This document shows, in pieces, positions 29,256-37,922 of a DNA stretch of 64,000 nucleotides. Source of the DNA: Bdellovibrio sp. Its GTDB lineage: Bacteria; Bdellovibrionota; Bdellovibrionia; Bdellovibrionales; Bdellovibrionaceae. The number at the start of each line of letters is the position of its first letter. Within the stretch, counting starts at the first letter, position 1. The position numbers were made by a program, and so were the translations under genes. The stretch is taken from assembly GCA_036676395.1 (NCBI GenBank), contig JAKFCY010000002.1, positions 992,001 through 1,056,000 on the forward strand, given 5' to 3'. The notes under the pieces were generated by a model, which had not been told where the DNA came from, did not search any database, and saw only the letters and a list, made by a program, of their open reading frames with translations.

Positions 29256-30341
29256 TTAGTATTCTAACTGGGTAAACTCTCGAGCGGCGTTTGCCTCAGC
29301 GGGGATGACTTCAAAATAATATCTAGAAATTTCTGATCCGATGCTAGTTTCTACCGTGATCATCCATTCGCCGGGCTGAAAATTAGCCTTGGTGGCAAAG
29401 CCGCGAAAACCTTCTTTTCTGCCGCCCTGGATGTTTAACGGCACTTTATCTGTCGTTGTCCAGTCGCCATTTTTATTTTTCATATGCCAGTGTAAAATGA
29501 TTTGATCGGCGATACGTGCCGGAGAATAAATCTGGGCGTAAAAATAAATTTTATCACCCGCAGCGGCTTTAAACTCTTTGTCAGAGTCTTGCCAGAACTT
29601 CCATGTTTTTTCGTAAGATAAAATAAATTTTCCGTCGCGCTTTTCTAAATTATGGTAAACACCTTGCGCCTTAACACTTAAAGGCACTGGCGGAATCCAA
29701 CCTAAAAAGTAAAATAAGCCAAATACCCCAAGAACCGCTACACACGGGGCGGTGATGGCTTTTTTTAATATGTTAGCATCGATGTGCGAGCGTTCTAGCA
29801 TTTGAATCTGGGCGATTAATATTAATACAGTGCTGAGTGCTGAAAGCAGAAAGGGCGTCCAGCCAACAAACCCCAGAATGATCGGGTAGAGCACCGAGAA
29901 AAACGAAAATAAACAAATCGCAAAAAAGCCCACTTTAAGACTGACCTTCGCAGATTTTACGAAAGAAAGTTCATTAATTAAAATTAATGCGACCAGCAGA
30001 CTTAGAAAAATAAAACTACTTAAGATTGAAGCGCTCTTAATATAAAAAAGCGAGTACACACTTAAAAGTGATCCTAATAAAAAGTGCAAAGTGAAATCAC
30101 GGTAAGACCAGAGTTTTTGTAAAGAGTCTTTCGGGCGCCATTTATGCAGACGAAACAGCAATTCGTAATGAATAAGGGCTGCGATAATAAATAAATAGAC
30201 CGCCTGTTGGGCGATTGAAAACAAATCATCAGGGTCTGCGATAAACAAAATATCAAATAAGAAGCCGCCAATGAAGAAGGCGATTTCAAGTTTGGTGTCA
30301 TGCTTATTGATAAATTCTGCCGATTTTTGTTTAATATTCAT
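29256..30341 (-). CDS. multi-TM protein with C-terminal DUF2914-like domain
   Basis: FFIGGFLFD, WIPPVPLS, GGRKEGFRG...PGEW. Confidence 0.75.
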   Translation of the reverse strand: MNIKQKSAEFINKHDTKLEIAFFIGGFLFDILFIADPDDLFSIAQQAVYLFIIAALIHYELLFRLHKWRPKDSLQKLWSYRDFTLHFLLGSLLSVYSLFYIKSASILSSFIFLSLLVALILINELSFVKSAKVSLKVGFFAICLFSFFSVLYPIILGFVGWTPFLLSALSTVLILIAQIQMLERSHIDANILKKAITAPCVAVLGVFGLFYFLGWIPPVPLSVKAQGVYHNLEKRDGKFILSYEKTWKFWQDSDKEFKAAAGDKIYFYAQIYSPARIADQIILHWHMKNKNGDWTTTDKVPLNIQGGRKEGFRGFATKANFQPGEWMITVETSIGSEISRYYFEVIPAEANAAREFTQLEY

Positions 30342-30488
30342 TACCGACGAGCCTACCATAAGCGCTAGCTTTGAGCTAGTAATGGATCAGAGGCTAGTTT
30401 TTTGCTTTTTTGTTTGTTCAACTAAAAATACATTTTATAAATAATTTAATATTTGATATTGTTAAGCCTCATGAGACACAAAGACGAT

Positions 30489-30998
30489 ATGAACTTAGAA
30501 CAATGGATTCAGTCCACCAGTGAAGACGTTTTGGCCGGATTATTGGTCGATATGTTGTTGTCTGACGGGACAACTTACTGTGGTTATATCAATACCATGG
30601 TTAATACCGGCGATACAGAAAGTATATTGTTAACAAGCCGAACACCCCAAGCGGGAATTTTTGAAGGCAAAAAAATCAAAAAAACTGACATTGTCGGATT
30701 TAACTTTTCAACATCACCACGCGCAAATTTTGGCGTGCACCATATTCATATCACCGAAAAAGGTGCAAATTTTCAATTTCAGCACGCCATTCACGATCAG
30801 CAAAAACAGGTATTAACTAATTCTGAAAAATCAGTCGATGCCTTTAAAGTTGAATGTTTAGCCTATATCAAAAGACTAAGCCTGGATATGCTGCCTAATG
30901 AAAAGCTGAGTCTTACCCTGACAAAAGAGCTAACTGTTAAATACAGTTTAGATATCACTCAAGCAGATCGAAAAATCAGAGATTTTCTGGGGCTTTAA
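30489..30998 (+). CDS. hypothetical protein
   Basis: Open frame with no recognised motif. Confidence 0.55.
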   Translation: MNLEQWIQSTSEDVLAGLLVDMLLSDGTTYCGYINTMVNTGDTESILLTSRTPQAGIFEGKKIKKTDIVGFNFSTSPRANFGVHHIHITEKGANFQFQHAIHDQQKQVLTNSEKSVDAFKVECLAYIKRLSLDMLPNEKLSLTLTKELTVKYSLDITQADRKIRDFLGL

Positions 30999-31030
30999 AA
31001 AAATGTCTCAGGCGGATTCCGCCCAAGACA
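30997..31030 (-). terminator. intrinsic terminator
   Basis: TGTCT..GGCGG/CCGCC..AGACA hairpin preceded by A7. Confidence 0.65.
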
Positions 31031-31044
31031 AGTCGTGTACAAAA

Positions 31045-31524
31045 TTATTTAGTGACTAATTTTTTCTCAGGAACTGTATCCCATTTACCGCGCGCATCTA
31101 CGAAAATAATGCACTCACTACCTGCTGCACACATTGTTGCATGAGGTTGTTTTTTCTTAAACGAGAAAAATGACCCAGGCGATAAACGACGTTCTACTCC
31201 GTCAACAGTTAATACAAAGTCTCCTTTGATCACTGTGACAAAATTATCTGCGCTGTGATGATGCAGAGGTGCCGAAAAGCCAGCGTCAAATTTCATAAAT
31301 GAATGATGCGCGCCTTTAGTAGAATCACCTTCAACCACTGCCATCTGTAAGCCCGGAAACTCTGCTACGGCTTGCCATTTGATGTCTTTGGCTTCCATAA
31401 AGACTGCCTTCGCCATCGACTTGGCTGGATTCATTTTGCTGGTCTCCATTTTAGTCGCATCTTTAGCTGCCGCAGTGAATGAAAATAGTGTTAATAAAAT
31501 TGTAATTAAAGAAATACGTTTCAT
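31045..31524 (-). CDS. secreted cupin (DUF4437-like), paralog 1
   Basis: Signal peptide; PLHHHS..VIKG..L.PGSF..PH.T.C. Confidence 0.85.
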   Translation of the reverse strand: MKRISLITILLTLFSFTAAAKDATKMETSKMNPAKSMAKAVFMEAKDIKWQAVAEFPGLQMAVVEGDSTKGAHHSFMKFDAGFSAPLHHHSADNFVTVIKGDFVLTVDGVERRLSPGSFFSFKKKQPHATMCAAGSECIIFVDARGKWDTVPEKKLVTK

Positions 31525-31570
31525 TGTTAAAATCCTTTCAAAGATCGGTTGTAATTAACCGCACTAAACC

Positions 31571-31587
31571 TAGCAATATCGTGACCG
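31571..31587 (-). promoter_or_regulatory. sigma-54-like site GGTCACGATATTGC
   Basis: GG-N10-GC with TTGC; conserved upstream of both cupin paralogs. Confidence 0.5.
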
Positions 31588-31658
31588 CGTTGTTTGAGTC
31601 ACAAGAGTACATAGATAGAAGCCTGCTTTTTGCTAGTAGCTCAAGAACGGAGGAAAGT

Positions 31659-32036
31659 ATGCACAGGCAACCCACTGTAGAAATTTTGAAAGCGTTTCTT
31701 GAAGCCTTTAACCGCCATGACCTTGATGCGATCATGGATTTTTTCTGTGAAGATTGTATTTTCGATATGCCACGCGGCCCTGAACCCCGAGGCCGCAGGT
31801 ATTCTGGTAAAAACGAAGTGCGCGCAGGTCTTGCGACTCGCTTTGAAGGCTTGCCAGATGTTCACTATGCAAATGACCGTCATTTTGTCAGTGGTCAGCA
31901 AGGCTGTTCGCAGTGGCTGCTAACCGGCACGCGCCCTAACGGCGAACGGGTTGTAGTACAGGGCTGTGATTTACTTGAATTTAGGGGTGATAAGATTTTT
32001 CATAAAGATTCTTACTGGAAGCTTGTTGAAAAATAA
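31659..32036 (+). CDS. SnoaL-like / NTF2 family protein
   Basis: GGAGG RBS; AFNRHDLDAIM...GCDL..F...I..KDSYWK. Confidence 0.9.
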   Translation: MHRQPTVEILKAFLEAFNRHDLDAIMDFFCEDCIFDMPRGPEPRGRRYSGKNEVRAGLATRFEGLPDVHYANDRHFVSGQQGCSQWLLTGTRPNGERVVVQGCDLLEFRGDKIFHKDSYWKLVEK

Positions 32037-32038
32037 AC

Positions 32039-32395
32039 TTAATCAACTACAGTCGCGCAAACGCCTAAAGCATTTTTTTCGACGTTAGAAATCTCATCGA
32101 TAATAAAATTTCGCATGTGCGTGATTTGATTTTCAAGTTCGGTGTGAGTTCTGAAAATATCGCCGTTGGTGCAAAGAGTTTTATTTAAATAGCGCAAGTA
32201 CGAGAAAAGAAATTGCTTAACTTGATCATTATTTTTATTTTGATAAGTGTCGACCACTGTGCTGATGGATTCAAAGATTTGTTTAACATCTTGTTTTTTT
32301 AACGAAATAGTTTCGCTGTTTTTATAGCGATCAATAAGACCGTTAATTTGCGTGTAAGCTTTCATTATTTTTTCTGTAACATTTAGTGCTTCCAT
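32039..32395 (-). CDS. hypothetical helical protein
   Basis: Open frame only. Confidence 0.5.
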   Translation of the reverse strand: MEALNVTEKIMKAYTQINGLIDRYKNSETISLKKQDVKQIFESISTVVDTYQNKNNDQVKQFLFSYLRYLNKTLCTNGDIFRTHTELENQITHMRNFIIDEISNVEKNALGVCATVVD

Positions 32396-32432
32396 AGGGT
32401 TTATGTTAGCAAGTTACGCAGGGAGTTCAATG

Positions 32433-32460
32433 AAAAACCCGATCCGATTGGACCGGGTTT
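32433..32460 (-). terminator. intrinsic terminator
   Basis: AAAAACCCG.TCC/GGA.CGGGTTT. Confidence 0.65.
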
Positions 32461-32465
32461 AAAGT

Positions 32466-32909
32466 TTAGTTGTTCGTAATTAAACTTTTCTCCATCATCA
32501 CATCCCATTTTCCGCGAACGTCTACAAAAAGGATACATTCTGCACCCGGAGCACAGACCGTTGTGTGTTTCTGTTTATTCTTATAGGTGAAAAAAGATCC
32601 CGGCGTTAAACGGTGTTCGGTGCCGTCCATCGTTATAATCATAGTTCCGGCAATAACAGTAGCATATGTTACACTGCTGTGATGATGCATAGGCACGCTA
32701 ACACCAGCGTCAAACTTGTGCATAGCATGGTGATTCCCTTTTTTCAGATCACCTTCGACCACAGCGACCTGAATGCCCGGCGTCTCTGGTACGGCTGTCC
32801 ATTTCATGTCTTTGGCTTCTATGAATACGGCGTTTGAATCTTTCATTTTCGCGAAAGTGCTGATTGAAAAGATGGTGATTAAGATTGAGATTAGTGAAAT
32901 ACGTTTCAT
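32466..32909 (-). CDS. secreted cupin (DUF4437-like), paralog 2
   Basis: Clearly homologous to 31045-31524. Confidence 0.85.
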   Translation of the reverse strand: MKRISLISILITIFSISTFAKMKDSNAVFIEAKDMKWTAVPETPGIQVAVVEGDLKKGNHHAMHKFDAGVSVPMHHHSSVTYATVIAGTMIITMDGTEHRLTPGSFFTYKNKQKHTTVCAPGAECILFVDVRGKWDVMMEKSLITNN

Positions 32910-32953
32910 TGGTAAAATCCTTTCGGGGTGGTTGTTCTATAACCGAAAGGATT

Positions 32954-32970
32954 TAGCAATTATGTGACCA
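32954..32970 (-). promoter_or_regulatory. sigma-54-like site TGGTCACATAATTGCTA
   Basis: Same GG-N10-GC element as at 31571. Confidence 0.5.
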
Positions 32971-33040
32971 TGTGCTTTGGGTCAATTTGGGAGAAGTTAT
33001 TTTGGATTCATCAATTCCGCGAGCTGTGATCTAATTGCTC

Positions 33041-33400
33041 CTAGAACTGTTTAAAATTACAAGATACTGAAAGGCGTGGTCCATTCGGCAAATTCAAATC
33101 AGTAAATGAATCGTTGTGAGGGTAAGTTGGTACTCTCGCGGTGGTAAACAGAATGGATTTTTCATTTTGAGTAATTGTGGTATAAATGGTGTCTAAGTTT
33201 ACATCCCAATTTACTTCGTATTTGTAGCCATTTAATACAGTGGCTTGCTTCCAGTTTAAATGTGTTTGTTCGCCTTTGGCCATTACGGCTTTTTCAAGCT
33301 GTTCGCCGGGGTTTTGAGACCAAGCTTCGCAAACCATTTCTAAGGCAGATGCCTGTAAACTGAATGTAAGAAAAGAAGATACGATGAAAAATTTAACCAT
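33041..33400 (-). CDS. secreted hypothetical protein
   Basis: ASA signal peptide, terminal Cys pair. Confidence 0.65.
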   Translation of the reverse strand: MVKFFIVSSFLTFSLQASALEMVCEAWSQNPGEQLEKAVMAKGEQTHLNWKQATVLNGYKYEVNWDVNLDTIYTTITQNEKSILFTTARVPTYPHNDSFTDLNLPNGPRLSVSCNFKQF

Positions 33401-33434
33401 AAAATGCTCCAGTCGATATTTCTGAATGTATACA

Positions 33435-33914
33435 CTATGTAATCGTTAATTCAACTTCGTAAATTCCGCGAGCGGCGATTGCTTTTTCGGGGCTTTTAAT
33501 AGGTCGTACATCAGTCAGCTCCCAGGCGTAATAGCCTGGTTCCCATTTTGTGGCACAAGCTGGCGTAATATCAGATTTTTCAAAGGGCCTGACGTTTTTA
33601 ATCTTAACGATGGCCACAGGAACTCCATCAGGATCGATTTCGCCTTCTTGGCGCAGAAAATTTTTATTTTCGATGATAAGCAAGTCATCAGCGAAGCCTT
33701 CGGGTGGTAACCATGACCTGACTTCGATCGTTTTTTCGCCGCGGGCGATTTTAGTTCCGCTAGGGTAGACGATGGATAGGGCCTTGAACTTTATTACGGG
33801 CTTAGGATTAAAGAATTTAAGAAACACGTACCAGTAAGCGAAAATGAACAGGGCAAAGACTGCGACAAAAGCCAGAAAGAAAAATAACATCCACGGCTCA
33901 AAGCTTTGCATCAT
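33435..33914 (-). CDS. ASCH domain protein with N-terminal TM helix
   Basis: ALSIVYP....I..GEKTIEVRSW ASCH signature. Confidence 0.85.
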   Translation of the reverse strand: MMQSFEPWMLFFFLAFVAVFALFIFAYWYVFLKFFNPKPVIKFKALSIVYPSGTKIARGEKTIEVRSWLPPEGFADDLLIIENKNFLRQEGEIDPDGVPVAIVKIKNVRPFEKSDITPACATKWEPGYYAWELTDVRPIKSPEKAIAARGIYEVELTIT

Positions 33915-34367
33915 TTAGGGTGAAGCTTCTGATTCAGTAGAGATGTCGCACTTTGAACAAAAGCCATAAAACAACATAGACAGATTTGCCTTAGAAAAGT
34001 CGTGAATGTCTTTGAGGGCTTTTTCAACTTTTTCAAAAAGTTCAGCATTTCCCTTATTCATTTTTCCGCAGGATTTACAGATGTAGTAATGGTGCATTTT
34101 TTTGCCAAAAACGTACTGATAGACTTTTCCGACTTTGGGTAAGTCTAATTCTTGAATTAAGCCTAATGAAATAAATTTTTCGATATTTCTATAAATAGTC
34201 GTTCGATCAACGTCTTCAATATGTTTACTTAAATAATCGTACAATTCTTTAATGGGAACATGGCGACTTTTATTATCTAAAAAAAATTGAATGAGTATTT
34301 CTTTAGATGGGGTCATGCGAAGCCCCTTTGATTTTAAGTAAGTGATAAGTTCAGCATGTTTTTTCAT
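33915..34367 (-). CDS. Fur-family transcriptional regulator
   Basis: GLRMT, TTIYR, HHYYICKSCG, GFCSKC. Confidence 0.9.
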   Translation of the reverse strand: MKKHAELITYLKSKGLRMTPSKEILIQFFLDNKSRHVPIKELYDYLSKHIEDVDRTTIYRNIEKFISLGLIQELDLPKVGKVYQYVFGKKMHHYYICKSCGKMNKGNAELFEKVEKALKDIHDFSKANLSMLFYGFCSKCDISTESEASP

Positions 34368-34379
34368 AATACACCGTGA

Positions 34380-34401
34380 TTATTGCCTAATGATGCAATA
34401 A
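34380..34401. promoter_or_regulatory. palindrome TTATTGC-N8-GCAATAA (box 1)
   Basis: Inverted repeat in the 43-bp divergent fur/yoaK spacer. Confidence 0.65.
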
Positions 34402-34410
34402 CATTCAAGT

Positions 34411-35145
34411 ATGTTTCAACATAAGATAAACGATACAGCAAGCCTTAAAACTTACTTTGATTGGTTTGTTTTAAGCTTTCTGGCTGGAAGTATTAATACG
34501 GGCGGGTACCTTGCGTGTCACCGTTTTGTGTCTCATTTAACTGGGTTTGCGACGCTTGCGGGCATCTCGTTTGAGAGGTTAAACCTACTCGAAGCTTTCG
34601 GAACTTTGTTGGTGCCCATATTTTTTGTGGCCGGTGTTATGTTATCGGCTTATTTAACTGAACGAAAACATGTACACAAGTTACGGGCGCAAAAATATTC
34701 GCCGGTGATGGGATTGGTAGCTCTTTTATTGGGAATCGTGGCCTTAGGCGGAAGTCTTAACTGGTTTGGCCAGTTTGGTGACCCTGCGCAAATCAAACAT
34801 GACTTTACATTGCTGGCTTGTCTTTGCGGCGCTTGTGGATTGTTAAATGGGGCAATTACTTCGGCTTCTGGTTTTACCATCAGAACAACTCATTTAACGG
34901 GGCTGGCTACAGATCTTGGTTTAGGGTTAGTGCGTACTAAATTACACGGTTTAACCGGCGACGAAAAAGCTCGCGAGACTAAGGCCAATTTACTGCGTAT
35001 GGGAACAATCATTTCATTTATTGTCGGGTCGCTTGCTGGTGCTTTTGTATTTATGCGGTTTCAATATAAAGGATTTTTATTTCCGATGTTGCTTTCAATT
35101 TATTTTTCTTATGTCGCGTATAAGGCGCAAGCGCAAAAGGTCTAA
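34411..35145 (+). CDS. YoaK/DUF1275 membrane protein
   Basis: AG.IN..G, FVSHLTG, IRTTHLTGLATDLG. Confidence 0.88.
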   Translation: MFQHKINDTASLKTYFDWFVLSFLAGSINTGGYLACHRFVSHLTGFATLAGISFERLNLLEAFGTLLVPIFFVAGVMLSAYLTERKHVHKLRAQKYSPVMGLVALLLGIVALGGSLNWFGQFGDPAQIKHDFTLLACLCGACGLLNGAITSASGFTIRTTHLTGLATDLGLGLVRTKLHGLTGDEKARETKANLLRMGTIISFIVGSLAGAFVFMRFQYKGFLFPMLLSIYFSYVAYKAQAQKV

Positions 35146-35150
35146 ATTTA

Positions 35151-35567
35151 TTAAGACTTTTCAGCGATGCGTGCTTTAACTTTTAACAGGGCTAATGACA
35201 GCGATATTGACATAAAATCAGAAAATACAGAGTAAATTTTATTATTATTTTTTATGTTTGGCAATTTTTGATAAGCCCATTTTTTTTGTTCTTCAGACTC
35301 AAAAATATTTATGATAAGCACGTTTTTTCTGGCTTTAGCTTCGGTCAAACATTTTAAAATCGACCCATACTTGTCTTGCAAACACCAATCCAGAATTAGA
35401 ATATCGAATATCAATGCAGACTTGAATATGAGCTTTCCATCCGGGGCCGAACGCGAACTTTGACAAGCGACAAGGTCACCAAGAATAAACCGGATCACTG
35501 CTTTGATGGATTTATTGGGCGAAATAATTAAAGCTTTTGCTCGTTTCTCGTATTTACTTATTGGCAT
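35151..35567 (-). CDS. degenerate receiver-like protein
   Basis: ALIISPN...FDILILDW. Confidence 0.45.
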   Translation of the reverse strand: MPISKYEKRAKALIISPNKSIKAVIRFILGDLVACQSSRSAPDGKLIFKSALIFDILILDWCLQDKYGSILKCLTEAKARKNVLIINIFESEEQKKWAYQKLPNIKNNNKIYSVFSDFMSISLSLALLKVKARIAEKS

Positions 35568-36012
35568 GTGTTGCGTCTGTGCAAAAATTTGATTCAAGCT
35601 CGGTTAATTTTTGCACGACTAAACGGTCAATGTCTGTGCTTTTCAGATTTTCAGAAGCCGCTATGACTCGCGATACTGTTTTAATAATATCGTGCAGTTG
35701 AACAGAGATACTTTTTTTATGTTTTTTTAACGCAATTTTTTTCTTTTCAACGGCAGAGAGGTTTTGCATCTCTTTAATTCTATCGGGCTGCATGTAAGGA
35801 TTGTCGGTGTAAGCATTGCTAGAGACGGATTTTTTTTGCGCAAGCAGGCTTAATTTATTCTCGATGGCCTTAAGCTCTTCTAGGCGGGTGAAGAGTATTC
35901 GATTAAGAGTTTGAATTCGTTCATTCTTTATCGGAGCCAGTGCGTCACAAACATGCAGCATGGCTAAATAAACATTTAAATTTCGTAATTGTTCGGTCGT
36001 TTCCATTCTCAT
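35554..36012 (-). CDS. hypothetical coiled-coil protein
   Basis: Open frame, helical. Confidence 0.5.
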   Translation of the reverse strand: MRMETTEQLRNLNVYLAMLHVCDALAPIKNERIQTLNRILFTRLEELKAIENKLSLLAQKKSVSSNAYTDNPYMQPDRIKEMQNLSAVEKKKIALKKHKKSISVQLHDIIKTVSRVIAASENLKSTDIDRLVVQKLTELESNFCTDATHANK

Positions 36013-36022
36013 ATATGATTAT

Positions 36023-36042
36023 TATTGCAATATGTTGCAATA
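36023..36042. promoter_or_regulatory. palindrome TATTGC-N8-GCAATA (box 2)
   Basis: TATTGCAATATGTTGCAATA in a divergent spacer; same geometry as box 1. Confidence 0.65.
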
Positions 36043-36086
36043 GTAAAGACTTGCCATGACATAACATTATGGCCTATGAATGAGGA

Positions 36087-36515
36087 GTGAATTATCAATC
36101 AAAGTCATTACAAATACCTGTTGAGCTTTTTTACACTAAAAACCATGAGTGGTTAGCTGTCGATGAGAATGTCGTTACTTTTGGGATTACCGAAAGGGCC
36201 TCACAAATGCTGGGAGAAATTTTATACGTAGATCTTCCAGATGAAGGCAGTCGTATCAATATCGGGTCTCAGGTGGCATCACTTGAAGGTGTTCGCGATA
36301 TCATGGATTTAATCGCCCCGTTCAGTGGTACCGTGCTTGAGATCAACCCGCGGCTTCTGGAAGATCCAGCTTTAATCTCTGATGATGCTTACGGCGAAGG
36401 CTGGCTATTTACGGCTGAATTAGATCATGAAAAAGATCTGGCTCAACTTGTTAGACATTCAGAATACAAACAGCAGTTATTATCGCAAGACAACACTTCT
36501 GATGCCGCAAAATAG
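36087..36515 (+). CDS. glycine cleavage H-like protein lacking the lipoyl lysine
   Basis: YTKNHEW, GIT, LGEI.YVDLP, DAYGEGWL; lipoyl site reads EGVRD. Confidence 0.8.
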   Translation: MNYQSKSLQIPVELFYTKNHEWLAVDENVVTFGITERASQMLGEILYVDLPDEGSRINIGSQVASLEGVRDIMDLIAPFSGTVLEINPRLLEDPALISDDAYGEGWLFTAELDHEKDLAQLVRHSEYKQQLLSQDNTSDAAK

Positions 36516-36870
36516 TGAAAACATAAAAATCTATATTCTTAGCTTTAAGCCAGATTTGGTCGCAGACGCAATTTCTTATCTCAGTAAAAAAAAGTTTGAT
36601 GTTTTGGTGTTTGAATCTGCAGTCAAATTGATTGAAGCTATGAAAGCAATAAAACCAAAATGCGTCATGTTAAGCTCTGATGCGATAGAAAATTTAGAAG
36701 AAATTCCTAAAAAATTAGCCCTTCATTTTAAGGTTCCGGTGGTTGGTTACGTCGAACAAGAAAACATGTTGTCTCTTGCGCGGCTTCACAAAATGCAGAC
36801 AGAATATAAAATTCGGCCTCCAATAACAGGTGCCGCAAGTTATAGAGTGATTCAAAAAATCATTTCTTAA
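36502..36870 (+). CDS. atypical receiver-like protein
   Basis: (beta/alpha)5-like pattern (KPKCVMLS, VPVVGY) without an acidic pocket. Confidence 0.5.
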   Translation: MPQNSENIKIYILSFKPDLVADAISYLSKKKFDVLVFESAVKLIEAMKAIKPKCVMLSSDAIENLEEIPKKLALHFKVPVVGYVEQENMLSLARLHKMQTEYKIRPPITGAASYRVIQKIIS

Positions 36871-37088
36871 ACTATTTTAACTGAATGATTACCGAAGACC
36901 ACAACTTGGCCGGCAGTTAACTTTAAGGCTTTTCTTGTTTCGACTTTGCCATCAACACGAACCTGGCCAGCTTCGATAACAGACTTAGCCTGGCCACCAG
37001 TTTCACATAGATTAGCGACTTTTAATAAATTTTTTAGTTCGATATGTTCGTGACCATCTAGATCAAATTCGATTTCTTGAAGTTTCAT
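36867..37088 (-). CDS. S4-domain RNA-binding protein (YbcJ-like)
   Basis: IELKNLLK..GGQAK..I..G.V.VDG.VETRK. Confidence 0.9.
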   Translation of the reverse strand: MKLQEIEFDLDGHEHIELKNLLKVANLCETGGQAKSVIEAGQVRVDGKVETRKALKLTAGQVVVFGNHSVKIV

Positions 37089-37100
37089 AATATTTTTTTT

Positions 37101-37808
37101 CTATGTCATGATCTGAACATCTGGAAGTGTACTTATGTGGGTGCGCATTTTTTTAAGTTGATCTTCGCGAGTTTTATTTTCGTCATCAGTAGACATCAGC
37201 GTTAATGCTTTTGCTAAACGTTCGCCTTCGGCCATAGGGCTAGAGCGATGGCTGAAAACGTGTTTTAGCTTCATAACCTGAGCATAAGTAGTTTCAAATT
37301 TTTCAGCTAAGATTTTTTTAGCTTCTTGTTTTTGACCCAGTTGGTAGGTGATCCACGCCCATGAATAAGAAGATTCATTAAAGGTCTTTTTTAAAAGGTC
37401 ACTGCTATCTTTTATTTTCTCAAGATTAGAATTTGAAAGGGGTTCATCCCAGTTTGATTTTTTTTCAATAGCTTGTTGCATTACATTTGTGACGTGATTC
37501 AAGGTAATAGCTTTTTCTTTATCAGTTTTTAAATAGGCAGGAATCTTGAAATCTTTAACTTCGAAAACGTCTTGCGCTAATAACGATAATTTTAGAATGT
37601 GAGCTTCATTTTCACTAAGCTTTTCGCTGTTTTGTTTTTTAGTGTAAAAGCTGATAACTTCAGAGACCGGAAAAGCTTGTTGCTGCATTGGGGGAGCCAA
37701 AGACATGTCAGCGGCCATTTTAGCAAAAATCGTTTCGCTGGTAAACAACACGACCAGTAATAAAGCTAAAAAAGTTTTAAAGTTCAGATTGTTCTGTGTA
37801 TAATTCAT
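37101..37808 (-). CDS. secreted helical hypothetical protein
   Basis: Signal peptide; TPR-like helix. Confidence 0.65.
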   Translation of the reverse strand: MNYTQNNLNFKTFLALLLVVLFTSETIFAKMAADMSLAPPMQQQAFPVSEVISFYTKKQNSEKLSENEAHILKLSLLAQDVFEVKDFKIPAYLKTDKEKAITLNHVTNVMQQAIEKKSNWDEPLSNSNLEKIKDSSDLLKKTFNESSYSWAWITYQLGQKQEAKKILAEKFETTYAQVMKLKHVFSHRSSPMAEGERLAKALTLMSTDDENKTREDQLKKMRTHISTLPDVQIMT

Positions 37809-37922
37809 GGTGTATCCCCAGTGTTATAACTTAAATGCTAACTTTACTTGAGCAGGTTTGTAAACATGATAAATATTGCGACACAGCTAGATCATCTTCG
37901 CGCTATCGTGTTGCGCCTGACT

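Noticed and set aside
31004..31010. GTCTCA motif instance
   Set aside because: Part of a terminator stem.
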